A stretch of 47,845 nucleotides of DNA, from NCBI GenBank assembly GCA_039803205.1, contig JBDRYB010000015.1, positions 1 to 47,845 on the forward strand, in the 5' to 3' direction. The stretch comes from a candidate division WOR-3 bacterium (GTDB taxonomy: Bacteria; Hydrothermota; Hydrothermia; JBDRYB01). The notes under the pieces were generated by a model that was not told the DNA's origin, did not search any database, and saw nothing but the letters and a program-made list of their open reading frames with translations. Shown piece after piece: positions 9,333-18,414 of this stretch (positions are counted from its first letter, which is position 1; each line of letters starts with the position of its first letter). Made by a program: the position numbers and the translations under genes.

Positions 9333-9812
9333 ATGAAAAGGTTTCTGTTTTTTGGGATGCTCATGTTGGCGGTTTCGCCCCTTTGGGCGGGCAAGAAGGG
9401 AAAATGGGATTTTGGCGGCTCTGTCGGGCTCACATGGATAGATAACAAGCCATATCCCACCGTGTCCGTGTTCGCGAAATACACCATATCCTCATACTTC
9501 ATATGGAACAACGGGCTTGAGGTTGTTATGCGTTCGGCGGATAGCCTTGACCTCTCGGTTCCGTCAACCATAGAGTTTCACCCCCTTGCCGGTAAGCAGA
9601 AGATAGACCCATACCTTGGGCCTGGAATCAAATACACCCACACCTACACTGGAGAGGATCAGCTCGGCGGGCGCGGGGTTATTGGGATTGACTTTCTCTT
9701 CATAAAAGGAACCAAGTTCGGAATAGAGGGCGTTCTTGACTATTACTTTATCCCGGAGGAATCCTACACCTGGACCATAAGGCCGACCGGCTCCTGGAAC
9801 TGGAGCTTCTAG
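9333..9812 (+). CDS. Small outer-membrane beta-barrel protein
   Basis: Sec signal MKRFLFFGMLMLAVSPLWA; GAGGT RBS; IDPYLGPG motif; alternating strands; terminal Phe. Confidence 0.75.
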   Translation: MKRFLFFGMLMLAVSPLWAGKKGKWDFGGSVGLTWIDNKPYPTVSVFAKYTISSYFIWNNGLEVVMRSADSLDLSVPSTIEFHPLAGKQKIDPYLGPGIKYTHTYTGEDQLGGRGVIGIDFLFIKGTKFGIEGVLDYYFIPEESYTWTIRPTGSWNWSF

Positions 9813-10762
9813 AGCCTTAGCCGCGCCCTGATCTCTGGAAGCACGGTTTCGTAAAGGGTTTTTTTCATATCCGCGAGGATTATTTGCCTGACAGACTCCT
9901 CTAGCCCATGGGGATCAGGAACCCCAAGAGGCTTTATGATCTTGAATGGGCTAACGCCGATGCCCTCAAGGAATTCCTTGTGATACTCCTCCATAGGAAA
10001 GATCATGTCTGCCCAAGTGGCCGCTAACAGTATCTCGCTCTCTGCCCAGAGGGTTCCAACATGTCTCGCCTCAAGGCCATCTATACCCTGATCCATAACC
10101 CATCGCGCGGCTGCCGGGCTCCTGTCAACCCCACCCGTGCAAACGAAGAGAACTCTTAGATCATCTGAGACAACCCTCACCCCACCCTTGGCCTCAATCT
10201 CTCGGAGCCCTACAGGCCCTCTCCTAATCAGTATAACGGGTTCAGCCCTGAGATCAATAAGCGTTGATGGCTCCTGGCCCCCGGATTCACCCCTCAGGGC
10301 GGGCAGGCCCGGGAAATAGGCCTCAAGCTCCCGAAGCCTTCTGGCTGGCTCAAGGCCCGGAGGATTCGCGCTCGTCGTGGCGAGAGGGAAACCTGCCTCA
10401 GCTAGGAGCCTCAAGGCCTCTCTGTGCTTCGGGATCCTTATCCCTATGCTTCCATCGTGAGCAACCACACCCTTCAAGTTAATCCTCGCTTCAAGTATGA
10501 CGGTTAAAGGCCCTGGTATGAGCCCCCCATCCAAGATGTTTTTGGCGGCCTCCCTAAGCTTCGCGTATTCCCCTATCCTGCCCACGCTCTCAGGGAAAAG
10601 CGTCAGGGGCTTTTTCTCCTCCCGGCCCTTGAGGTCTCTCAGTTTTCCAACAGCAACAGGATCATCTGCCCTGGCCGCGAGCCCCCAAACCGTCTCAGTT
10701 GGGATGGCAATAACCTGTCCCTCCCGAAGGAGCGAGATGGCCCTTTTTAACTCAATAACCAA
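9809..10762 (-). CDS. tsaC: L-threonylcarbamoyladenylate synthase (TsaC/Sua5) fused to a C-terminal low-molecular-weight phosphatase-like domain
   Basis: IAIPTETVWGL, KGR..KPL, PGPLTVIL, IGIRIP and TTSANPPG; C-terminal VLFVCTGGVDRSP and VPDPHG. Confidence 0.88.
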   Translation of the reverse strand: MVIELKRAISLLREGQVIAIPTETVWGLAARADDPVAVGKLRDLKGREEKKPLTLFPESVGRIGEYAKLREAAKNILDGGLIPGPLTVILEARINLKGVVAHDGSIGIRIPKHREALRLLAEAGFPLATTSANPPGLEPARRLRELEAYFPGLPALRGESGGQEPSTLIDLRAEPVILIRRGPVGLREIEAKGGVRVVSDDLRVLFVCTGGVDRSPAAARWVMDQGIDGLEARHVGTLWAESEILLAATWADMIFPMEEYHKEFLEGIGVSPFKIIKPLGVPDPHGLEESVRQIILADMKKTLYETVLPEIRARLRL

Positions 10763-11516
10763 GGTCTATTTCAACAACCTCACCTGCTTCAAGAAGCGGG
10801 ACTATGAGCTTTGATCCGCTCAGGGAGATGCTGAAATCCGCGGGCGTCGTGAGGCCCTGGGCTATGACTTCGGCCTTTGCTGTAGCGAGGTTTATCCTGA
10901 TTATCTTCCCGGAATCATAACCACCGGCGTAGAGGAACCCCTTAGACTCATCAAGGCAAAGCCCATCCCCTCCGCCTATGTCCTCGGAAGTGAAAACAAG
11001 TTCGGTTTTGCCATCCTTGTATGCGTATATGCGGCCAGGATTCGTGAATGTTATGGTGTAGACGGTTCCATCGGATGCAACTGCAAGTCCGTTTGGCTTC
11101 TCAACCTTGAATAGCTGCTCAACCTTTCCCAGGGTAGAGAGCCTGTAGACCCAACCGCCAAAGGTATCCGATACATAAAGGTATCCGGTCGCATCCGCGG
11201 CCATGCCGTTCAGGAAACGGGGCTTTTCCGGGAACGCGTTCGGCCCAGCTATGAGGGAGACAGCGCCGCCCTTTTCAACGCGCCAGACCCTGTCAACATC
11301 AGCCACATATAGTTTCTCCCTGGCTACCACCAAACCCTTTGGGTCAGTGAGGTTCCTCACGACAGCCTCTTTGGAGTTGCCAGAAACCCTCCATATGACC
11401 CCGTCCTTCATGCTGAACTCGCCAACATCCGAGATATAAATTCCTTCCGAGGTCTCCACCGCGCTCTCTGGGTGGGCAAATCCTGTCCAAGCTGTGAGAA
11501 AGATTAGGTTCATCAT
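10752..11516 (-). CDS. SMP-30/gluconolactonase-like secreted beta-propeller
   Basis: HPES, DPKGL, FLNGMAAD..GYLYVSDT, KPNGLA, GGDGL and TPADF repeats. TATAAT lies 6 nt upstream of ATG 11516. Confidence 0.8.
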   Translation of the reverse strand: MMNLIFLTAWTGFAHPESAVETSEGIYISDVGEFSMKDGVIWRVSGNSKEAVVRNLTDPKGLVVAREKLYVADVDRVWRVEKGGAVSLIAGPNAFPEKPRFLNGMAADATGYLYVSDTFGGWVYRLSTLGKVEQLFKVEKPNGLAVASDGTVYTITFTNPGRIYAYKDGKTELVFTSEDIGGGDGLCLDESKGFLYAGGYDSGKIIRINLATAKAEVIAQGLTTPADFSISLSGSKLIVPLLEAGEVVEIDLGY

Positions 11517-11674
11517 GCTCATATTATAAGGCCCGCGAATGATTGAAATGAAATAAAGCCTTCCCGGTCGCGTAGCGCCACTTTACCTGATGAAACCCTT
11601 TTGCTTCGCGTATAATTCACAGCCCCAGCCAATCTGCCTCAAGAGTTGGACTGAGCGGTTTCAGGGCACTTGGT

Positions 11675-12124
11675 CTAGATACTCTGAGAACCTGATTCTG
11701 AGGACCCCATTAACTCCTTTACCCTTTCGTGCGCCTTGTTCAATAGGGCACGCTGGTTTCTGTATCTGGCCCTCTTCATGGCCTCCTCAAACTCAAACCA
11801 ACCTCCGTCTTCGTGTTCGTGGGACAGTCTGAGAGCCTGATCGTTCGCCCTGGCTAGAAAGAAGATCACCTTTTTGTGGATAGTGTGGCCCTCCCTTCTG
11901 AACCAGTATTCAATGACCTCGTGGAAATCAGGGATTATCTCCACATCCGAAAGCCCCGCTTCCTCAGCCAGCTCTCGGCGCGCGGTGTCCTCCTCGGTCT
12001 CCCCATCCTCAAGGTGGCCCTTTGGAAATCCCCAGTATGAAGGGTGCTTCAAAAGCAGATAGAGGGGCTTGCCATCGGCTATTCTGAAGACGATTACGCC
12101 AGCGGAGCGCTCAAACCTGGTCAT
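11675..12124 (-). CDS. Nudix hydrolase, Ap4A hydrolase-like
   Basis: Nudix box WGFPKGHLEDGETEEDTARRELAEEAG; ERSAGVIVFR; LSHEH. Confidence 0.9.
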   Translation of the reverse strand: MTRFERSAGVIVFRIADGKPLYLLLKHPSYWGFPKGHLEDGETEEDTARRELAEEAGLSDVEIIPDFHEVIEYWFRREGHTIHKKVIFFLARANDQALRLSHEHEDGGWFEFEEAMKRARYRNQRALLNKAHERVKELMGSSESGSQSI

Positions 12125-13563
12125 TTAAATCCCTCCGCTTTCTCTATCCACTCAGCGGCCCTTCTCAGTCTGAGAAGACACTTAGCCTTTCCGAGCGCGG
12201 CCATCATCTCAAATAGACCAGGCCCGAATGTCATGCCGGAGAGCGCGAGCCTAGCGGGGTGTATGAGATCCCTCGCGGGAATTCCCCTCTCATCCGCCAG
12301 CTCCCTGAGCGCATGCTCTATGCTTTGAGGATTCCAACCATCAATTCCCGCTAGCCTTCCCGCCAGCTCCCTCAGGAGCTCCGGGACACCTGGACGAAGG
12401 AAGTGCTTCTTGACACCGTCCGGGTCATATGAGTCCGGCTCAGCGAAGAAATATCCGGAAATATCCGCGAGCTCCCTGAGGGTCTTCGCCCTGTCCTTGA
12501 AAAGGGGGATTATCTTGAGTATGGTTTGCGGATCGTTGTATCCCTTCTCTTTGAAGAAGGGCATTGCCAGCTCAGCGAGCCTCTTATCCGGCATTGCCCT
12601 CATATACTCGCCGTTCATCCACAAGAGTTTCTCGTAGCTGAAGACAGCCCCTCTGACCGAGAGCCTTTGGAGGCTAAAAGCCTCTGCCATTTCCGTTAGG
12701 CTCATTATCTCCCTATCATCCCCTGGAGACCACCCGAGAAGCGCCAGGTAGTTTACTATTGCTTCGGGGAGATAACCCTCCCTGCGCACATCCCTTATTG
12801 AGAACGCGCCTGAGCGCTTTGACATCTTGCCCTTGCCATCCGGAGAGAGTATGACCGGAAGGTGGATGAACACAGGCGGCTCCCAGCCAAAGGCCTCATA
12901 AATTAAAATGTGGTAGGGAACCGAGGGTATCCACTCGTCAGCCCTCATGATGTGGGTTATTCCCTGATCGTGGTCATCAACCACATTCGCCAGGTGATAT
13001 GTCGGCCAGCCGTCAGACTTCAAAAGAACAATATCCTCAAGCTCCCTTGCGTCGTAGGCTATCTTGCCCCTCAGAAAATCACGGAATCCTATTTCGCCCG
13101 AAAGGGGGACCCTCAGCCTGATGACATATGCCTGGCCACCCTGCATTTTTGCCTTGACCTCATCCGGAGAGAGGTTCCTGCACGCCCTATCGTAGCCTAT
13201 CTTGAGTCCGGCCTTTCTCCTTTCCTCCCTCACCCTCTCAAGCCTCTGGGGGGTGCAGAAACACGGATATGCGGCCCCGCGCTCCACGAGCTCGTGCGCC
13301 TTTTGCGCGTAAACCTCTCGCCTCTCCGATTGGAAGTAAGGCCCTTCATCCGGGGGAATGCCTAGCCATTCCAAGCTCTGGATTATGTCCTGGACAGAAT
13401 CCGGAACCAGCCTGGACCTATCCGTGTCCTCAATCCTGAGGATGAAAACGCCCCCCTGATTTCTGGCAAAGAGCCAGTTATAAAGGGCGGTCCTCGCGCC
13501 CCCAAGGTGCAGATAACCCGTTGGGCTCGGAGCGAATCGGACCCGAACCTTACTCTTGTTCAT
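12121..13563 (-). CDS. gltX: Glutamate--tRNA ligase
   Basis: VRVRFAPSPTGYLHLGGART, RIEDTD and KMSKR. Start moved to ATG 13563. Confidence 0.97.
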   Translation of the reverse strand: MNKSKVRVRFAPSPTGYLHLGGARTALYNWLFARNQGGVFILRIEDTDRSRLVPDSVQDIIQSLEWLGIPPDEGPYFQSERREVYAQKAHELVERGAAYPCFCTPQRLERVREERRKAGLKIGYDRACRNLSPDEVKAKMQGGQAYVIRLRVPLSGEIGFRDFLRGKIAYDARELEDIVLLKSDGWPTYHLANVVDDHDQGITHIMRADEWIPSVPYHILIYEAFGWEPPVFIHLPVILSPDGKGKMSKRSGAFSIRDVRREGYLPEAIVNYLALLGWSPGDDREIMSLTEMAEAFSLQRLSVRGAVFSYEKLLWMNGEYMRAMPDKRLAELAMPFFKEKGYNDPQTILKIIPLFKDRAKTLRELADISGYFFAEPDSYDPDGVKKHFLRPGVPELLRELAGRLAGIDGWNPQSIEHALRELADERGIPARDLIHPARLALSGMTFGPGLFEMMAALGKAKCLLRLRRAAEWIEKAEGFK

Positions 13564-13599
13564 ATTGATATTATGAGCCTCAGCCTGTCTCCTGTGCAA
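13564..13599 (-). promoter_or_regulatory. Putative leaderless promoter of gltX
   Basis: On the minus strand: TTGCAC (13599-13594), N18, CATAAT (13575-13570), N6, ATG (13563). Confidence 0.6.
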
Positions 13600-13668
13600 G
13601 AAGTCGCCCCCCAAGTTCCTTTTTCGGGAACACGGGCCTTTGGCCTGGGTTTGGCCAAACCTTTTTCC

Positions 13669-13723
13669 TAAGTTATTATCCGTCAAGGACTTAGGTTCTA
13701 AGTCCTTACCGGAAGGCTACTTA
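13669..13723. repeat. Tandem pair of TAAGT-N15-ACTTA palindromes between gltX and mraZ
   Basis: TAAGTtattatccgtcaaggACTTA (13669-13693) and TAAGTccttaccggaaggctACTTA (13699-13723), starting 30 bp apart. Confidence 0.7.
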
Positions 13724-13807
13724 ATGGATGCTGTCCTATGAAACACGCATAATTAAAGGGAAAATAACTATTCGGATTGGAGCTTGACAATGCTTTATAC
13801 TTTAGCC

Positions 13808-13837
13808 CTGGCATAAGGTGGCATAAAGTGGCTAAGT
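13808..13837 (+). promoter_or_regulatory. Putative MraZ operator, three 10-nt-period TGGC direct repeats
   Basis: ctggcataag-gtggcataaa-gtggctaagt at the mraZ start. MraZ is known to bind GTGG/TGGG-type repeats with 10-nt periodicity. Confidence 0.65.
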
Positions 13838-14283
13838 CGCCTAAGAACAGAAACGGCGCCCTCGCGGCCGTTGATCCAAAGGGCCGAGTGGTGATCCCAG
13901 GCGGCGTCAGGGAGCACATAGAGGCCATTACCAAAAGGGCAATGTCAAAGCCTTCCAGAAGGCTAGTGATGACGCAGATAGGAGAACCATGCGTGGTCGT
14001 CTATCCAGCTTGCGAGTGGGAGAAGGTTGAGGAGCAGTTGAGGGACCTTGATTCAAGGCCTGGGCCAGGCAGGGCCGCGGCGAGGCTCATCCAGGGTTTT
14101 GCGGAGTTCGTTGAGGTGGATCCTGCTGGCAGGGTTGTCATCCCCGGGCACCTCGCTGAGCACGCGGGGATAAAGGATAAGGCTCTTTTCATCAAACTGC
14201 CAAGGGGCTTTGAGATATGGTCGCCGGAAAGATACCAGGAATGGTCAAAGGATGTGGAACTGCCAGAGGGGTTGAGGCTTTGA
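13828..14283 (+). CDS. mraZ: Division/cell wall cluster transcriptional repressor MraZ
   Basis: Two DxxGRVVIP motifs (VDPKGRVVIP, VDPAGRVVIP) and FEIWS; first gene of dcw. The GTG 13828 start is inferred. Confidence 0.9.
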   Translation: MAKSPKNRNGALAAVDPKGRVVIPGGVREHIEAITKRAMSKPSRRLVMTQIGEPCVVVYPACEWEKVEEQLRDLDSRPGPGRAAARLIQGFAEFVEVDPAGRVVIPGHLAEHAGIKDKALFIKLPRGFEIWSPERYQEWSKDVELPEGLRL

Positions 14284-15203
14284 TGCACAGGCCCGTTATG
14301 GCTGATGAGGTTCTGGCCTTGCTGGAGCTTGAACCAGGAGAATTCGTTGTTGACGGAACACTTGGCTTTGGGGGACACGCTCTCAGGTTCCTTGAGGCAG
14401 TTGGGCCTGGGGGCCTCGTTCTCGGCATAGAGAAGAACCTGGATACCATCCGGAAGGCAGGCCCAAGGCTTGCGAGCGCCGGGATAAGGGTCATGCGAGG
14501 GGACTTCAGACGCATAAAGGAGATCCTCACTGAAGGCCTTTTTCCCGAGCCCGATGCTATCTTCCTTGACCTGGGCCTCTCTTCGTTTCTCTTGGAGGGT
14601 TCTGACTTGGGGTTCTCCTTTAAGCAGGAGGATGAGCCGCTTGATATGCGCTACGATCCCGCAGAAGGCATCCCCGCGAGCGATGTCTTGAACGCCCTGA
14701 GCCCAGAGCACCTTGCTATCCTCTTTAGGGCTTACGGCCAGGAGCCTTCTGCGTCCTCAATAGCTAGGCAAATAGCAAAAACCAGGCCGATCAACAAGGT
14801 CCGCGAGCTCGTTGCTTGCGTTGAAAGCGCGGTGCCGCCTGGCCGGAGGGGAAAGGCTCTACACAGGGTCTTTCAGGCTCTCAGGATCTTCGTCAATGAC
14901 GAGCTGGGCGCTCTTATTGACGGTCTCGTCTATGGGCTTTCTGTCCTGAGAGAGGGAGGGAGGTTAGCTATCATATCATACCACTCCCTTGAGGACAGGT
15001 TGGTCAAAAGGGCCGGAAGGCTTCCGGGCGTTGAACCGATCACGAAGAAGCCGGTTCGTCCTTCCACGAGGGAAAGGGAGGATAACCCCCGTTCCCGTTC
15101 GGGGAGGCTAAGGGTTCTATTGAAAAAAGGAGATATTGATGAGAAGGTCTCTCTTGGCGTTCTTCGCGCTCTTTGTCCTTCTCTTCCCTTTGGCTTGGGC
15201 TAA
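14283..15203 (+). CDS. rsmH: 16S rRNA m4C1402 methyltransferase
   Basis: MHRPVM, VDGTLGFGGH, DLGLSS, PLDMR, FQALRIFVNDEL, ISYHSLEDRLVK and NPRSRSGRLR. Confidence 0.96.
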   Translation: MHRPVMADEVLALLELEPGEFVVDGTLGFGGHALRFLEAVGPGGLVLGIEKNLDTIRKAGPRLASAGIRVMRGDFRRIKEILTEGLFPEPDAIFLDLGLSSFLLEGSDLGFSFKQEDEPLDMRYDPAEGIPASDVLNALSPEHLAILFRAYGQEPSASSIARQIAKTRPINKVRELVACVESAVPPGRRGKALHRVFQALRIFVNDELGALIDGLVYGLSVLREGGRLAIISYHSLEDRLVKRAGRLPGVEPITKKPVRPSTREREDNPRSRSGRLRVLLKKGDIDEKVSLGVLRALCPSLPFGLG

Positions 15204-15468
15204 CAGCGCTGTCTACTCTGAGGCCCGAGCGCTTGCGGAGAGGAAGGCTGAACTCGCTAGAGCCAGGCGGGAATACAATCTCGTGAGGTCTCGCCTCGCC
15301 AAGGAGGAGAGGCTTCTTGCGATAGAGGAAAGGGCAAAGGCCATAGGAATGAGCTATCCGGAGGGCATAGGTTTTGACCAGGACAAGGGCAATAGTGATC
15401 TGCCTCCTTCTCTGGTCCGCGGCAATAGCCTTGCGCTTGATCTGGCTCCAGGGACCAGGCGCGAGTAA
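15139..15468 (+). CDS. ftsL: Cell division protein FtsL-like
   Basis: TM segment, coiled coil and IEERAKAIGM motif; lies between rsmH and ftsI. Confidence 0.7.
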   Translation: MRRSLLAFFALFVLLFPLAWANSAVYSEARALAERKAELARARREYNLVRSRLAKEERLLAIEERAKAIGMSYPEGIGFDQDKGNSDLPPSLVRGNSLALDLAPGTRRE

Positions 15469-16978
15469 GTTTAAGGAGATGGGAAAGAGGCAGTTTCTGA
15501 CCCGGATGGAGCTCCCCGGAGAAAGGGGAATAATCTATGACAGGAAAGGAGCGCTTCTGGCTGGCAACAGCCTCGGTTTCAATCTCTATCAGTCCGGACC
15601 CGTTTCGGATCCCAGGGGCGCGCTCGCGAGGCTTGGGATTTCCCCCAAACCTATGGGAGACAAAAAGGCTATTCTCCTGGCAAGGGGCCTTTCACCCGAG
15701 AGCGCGGAGGGGCTCTCAGGGGTTAAGGGCATATTCATGAGGCCGGGTAGCCCGAGGTTTTATCCTCTTGGGGATGCAACCCGTGGCTTAGTGGGTGCCG
15801 TTGGCCACGATGGGGTTGGGCTTTCGGGCGCTGAGCTGCTGTTTGATAAGTGGCTCTCGGGCGAATCCGGATACGAGATATTCCTGAGGACAGCTGATGG
15901 CAACCCAATTGCTATTCCTGGGGTCTCTGGAAAGCTGGCCGAATCCGGCCACGACATATATCTCACCATAGACGCTGACCTTGAGGACTTCGCTTTCTCG
16001 GCAATAAAGGCCACAGTTGAGGATACACGAGCCAAGAAGGGGTTTGTGTTGGTGTTGGACCCATCAACGGGAGAGGTTTTGGCCATCGCCCAGTATCCTC
16101 CGTCCGAGAGGATATACGCGCTCACAGACCCATACGAGCCAGGTTCAACCCTGAAACCTCTCATAATGGCAAAGGCGCTTGAACTCGGCCTAATCAACCT
16201 ATCTGATTCCGTTCCGATCGGTCAAGAAAAGCTCCGGGTTGGGAAGCATTTTATCGGCGATGTTGAGAGGTTCCCCGGAGGCCTCAGTTGGCGAGACGCA
16301 CTCATTCACTCGTCCAACCGGGCGATGGCTTACCTGGGCCTGAAGCTCGGCCCCAAGAACATATATGAGGTTCTGAGAAGGTTTGGGCTCCTCAGCCCCA
16401 CCGGGATATGCCTTCCTGGGGAATGGGCGCCGAAATCAGAAAAGCCCTCCAGGTGGTCCATTATAAGGACAGCGAACTCCGGAATGGGCCAAGGGGTAAT
16501 GGTTACTGGAATAGGCATGGCTATGGCCTTCTGCGCGATAGCAAATCGAGGGGAGCTTTTGGCCCCAAGGATCATCAAAAGGATGGCCCTCGGGGGTGAG
16601 GTCAAGGAGTTTCCGGAAAGGATAGTCGTGAGGAGGGCTGTCTCTCCTGAGATATGCGATACCATAAGGGAGCTCATGATAGGGGTTGTTGAGGAAGGAA
16701 CGGGCAGAAAGGCGAAAATAGAGGGGATAAGCATAGCCGGAAAGACGGGCACCGCGCAGAAGCCGGACCCAGTCTCCGGGGGATACAGCGAGAGCCGGGT
16801 CATCGCATCTTTCGTGGGGTTTTTCCCTGCCTTGTCCCCGAGATACCTGATATATGTGGTTGTTGATGAGCCAGAAACCGCGCACTACGGCGGCGATGTC
16901 GCCGCGCCGTGCTTCAGGAAAATAGCCCTGTTTCTCATCAACAGGGATTACGGCCTGCTCGCCATGGAGGGTTCATGA
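15374..16978 (+). CDS. ftsI: Class B penicillin-binding protein FtsI
   Basis: RGIIYDRKG, RFYP, GLSGAE, YEPGSTLK (SxxK), SSN (SxN) and GKTGTAQK. Confidence 0.92.
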   Translation: MTRTRAIVICLLLWSAAIALRLIWLQGPGASKFKEMGKRQFLTRMELPGERGIIYDRKGALLAGNSLGFNLYQSGPVSDPRGALARLGISPKPMGDKKAILLARGLSPESAEGLSGVKGIFMRPGSPRFYPLGDATRGLVGAVGHDGVGLSGAELLFDKWLSGESGYEIFLRTADGNPIAIPGVSGKLAESGHDIYLTIDADLEDFAFSAIKATVEDTRAKKGFVLVLDPSTGEVLAIAQYPPSERIYALTDPYEPGSTLKPLIMAKALELGLINLSDSVPIGQEKLRVGKHFIGDVERFPGGLSWRDALIHSSNRAMAYLGLKLGPKNIYEVLRRFGLLSPTGICLPGEWAPKSEKPSRWSIIRTANSGMGQGVMVTGIGMAMAFCAIANRGELLAPRIIKRMALGGEVKEFPERIVVRRAVSPEICDTIRELMIGVVEEGTGRKAKIEGISIAGKTGTAQKPDPVSGGYSESRVIASFVGFFPALSPRYLIYVVVDEPETAHYGGDVAAPCFRKIALFLINRDYGLLAMEGS

Positions 16979-18414
16979 AACTGCGCGAGCTGGCTATGGG
17001 ATACGAGATAATAGGTGAGCTCAACCCTGAGATAACTGATATAGTCTATGATTCAAGGATGGTGGTTCCTGGGGCGCTCTATTGTGCAATAACCGGCAGA
17101 AACGCGGATGGTCACATGTTCATCAACGATGCGGAGCGAGCGGGCGCGGCCGCTCTCTTGGTCTCAAGGGATATGGGGTCACGGCTTCCGCGCATCCTCG
17201 CTGAGGATACGAGGAAAGCCATGGCCATCCTCTCGGACAGGTTCTTCGGCCACCCATCCGGGGGGATGAAGCTTATCGGGATAACCGGAACAGCAGGAAA
17301 ATCAACCACCGCTTTCATAATCCACTCCGCTCTGAGGGCCCTCGGCCACCAAGCGGCCCTGATAACAACGGTCCAGTATTCCACGCCCAAGGCCACACGG
17401 CCAGCAGAGAGGACAACCCCTGAGGCTCCGGATCTCCAAAGGCTACTTAAGCAGGCCCTTGAAGAAGGGGCGGATTTCGGAGTGATGGAGGTCTCCTCCC
17501 ATGGGGTCGCGGAGCATAGAATACTTGGGCTTGAGTTCTCCGCAGGGGCCTTCACGAACCTCGGGAGGGATCACCTTGATTACCACGGAACAATTGAGGC
17601 ATACGCGGAGGCAAAGCTGGAGTTCTTCAGGATGCTCCCGCAGGACGCGGTCGCGGCAATAAACGCTGATGACCCTTGGGCCTTCAGGTTTGCACAGGAA
17701 ACCCCGGCAAAAGCCATATTTTACAGCCTCAACGGAAGGGGCGAGATCAGGGTAAGGGTTCTCAGCTCAGATGCAGAGGGGCTCGCGCTGGAATTTGAGA
17801 TGGCTGGACAGAAAGCGAGAACCCTTTTACCCTTGGTTGGGCTTCATAACGCTGGAAACGCTGGGGCCGCACTCGCGGTCCTGGTCGGCTTGGGCTTTGA
17901 ACTAGGGGCTGTTGCCTCGGCGTTTCGCTCAGCAAAGGGCCCGCCGGGAAGGTTTGAGAAGGTAAGCGAGGGGAAGGATTTCCTCGTGATAGTGGACTAC
18001 GCGCACACACCAGAGGCCCTCTCCAGGGCGCTCTCAGCGGCAAGGCTCTTGACAAAAGGAAGGCTTCACCTCGTATTCGGCTGCGGCGGGAACAGGGACA
18101 AGGGCAAAAGACCGCTGATGGGGAGAGCGGCCGAAGAGGGCGCGGACTCGGTGATACTGACAACGGATAATCCCAGGGATGAGGAGCCATCTGACATAAT
18201 CCGCGAGATACTCTCAGGAATGGAGACGAAGCCCCTTGTTATCCCAGACAGGCGCGAGGCCATCAGGGCCGGAATAAGGTCCCTCGGCCCAGGGGATGTG
18301 CTTCTCATAGCTGGCAAGGGCCACGAGGAATACATGGAGATAAAGGGCCAGAGGATACCCTTTTCCGACAGGCAAGTGGCAGTGGAGGTCATGAATGAGA
18401 TACAGGCTGGCTGA
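16975..18414 (+). CDS. murE: UDP-MurNAc-tripeptide synthetase, meso-DAP type
   Basis: GITGTAGKST, TTPEA, MEVSSH, DHLDYH, DYAHTP, FGCGGNRD, DNPR and AGKGHE. Confidence 0.96.
   Translation: MKLRELAMGYEIIGELNPEITDIVYDSRMVVPGALYCAITGRNADGHMFINDAERAGAAALLVSRDMGSRLPRILAEDTRKAMAILSDRFFGHPSGGMKLIGITGTAGKSTTAFIIHSALRALGHQAALITTVQYSTPKATRPAERTTPEAPDLQRLLKQALEEGADFGVMEVSSHGVAEHRILGLEFSAGAFTNLGRDHLDYHGTIEAYAEAKLEFFRMLPQDAVAAINADDPWAFRFAQETPAKAIFYSLNGRGEIRVRVLSSDAEGLALEFEMAGQKARTLLPLVGLHNAGNAGAALAVLVGLGFELGAVASAFRSAKGPPGRFEKVSEGKDFLVIVDYAHTPEALSRALSAARLLTKGRLHLVFGCGGNRDKGKRPLMGRAAEEGADSVILTTDNPRDEEPSDIIREILSGMETKPLVIPDRREAIRAGIRSLGPGDVLLIAGKGHEEYMEIKGQRIPFSDRQVAVEVMNEIQAG

Noticed and set aside
11587..11670. 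CTGATGA suggested a hammerhead ribozyme; 6S RNA and tmRNA were also considered
   Set aside because: No GAAA core after the candidate stem II, no long 6S-like rod and no tRNA-like ends.
13669..13723. Paired palindromes considered as a mini-CRISPR or dif site
   Set aside because: Only two degenerate units separated by 5 bp, no spacers or cas genes, and the layout does not fit the 11-6-11 dif pattern.
13784..13801. TTGACA and TATACT upstream of mraZ as a single promoter
   Set aside because: They are only 6 bp apart, and neither has a good partner at 17-18 bp, so the dcw promoter was not called.
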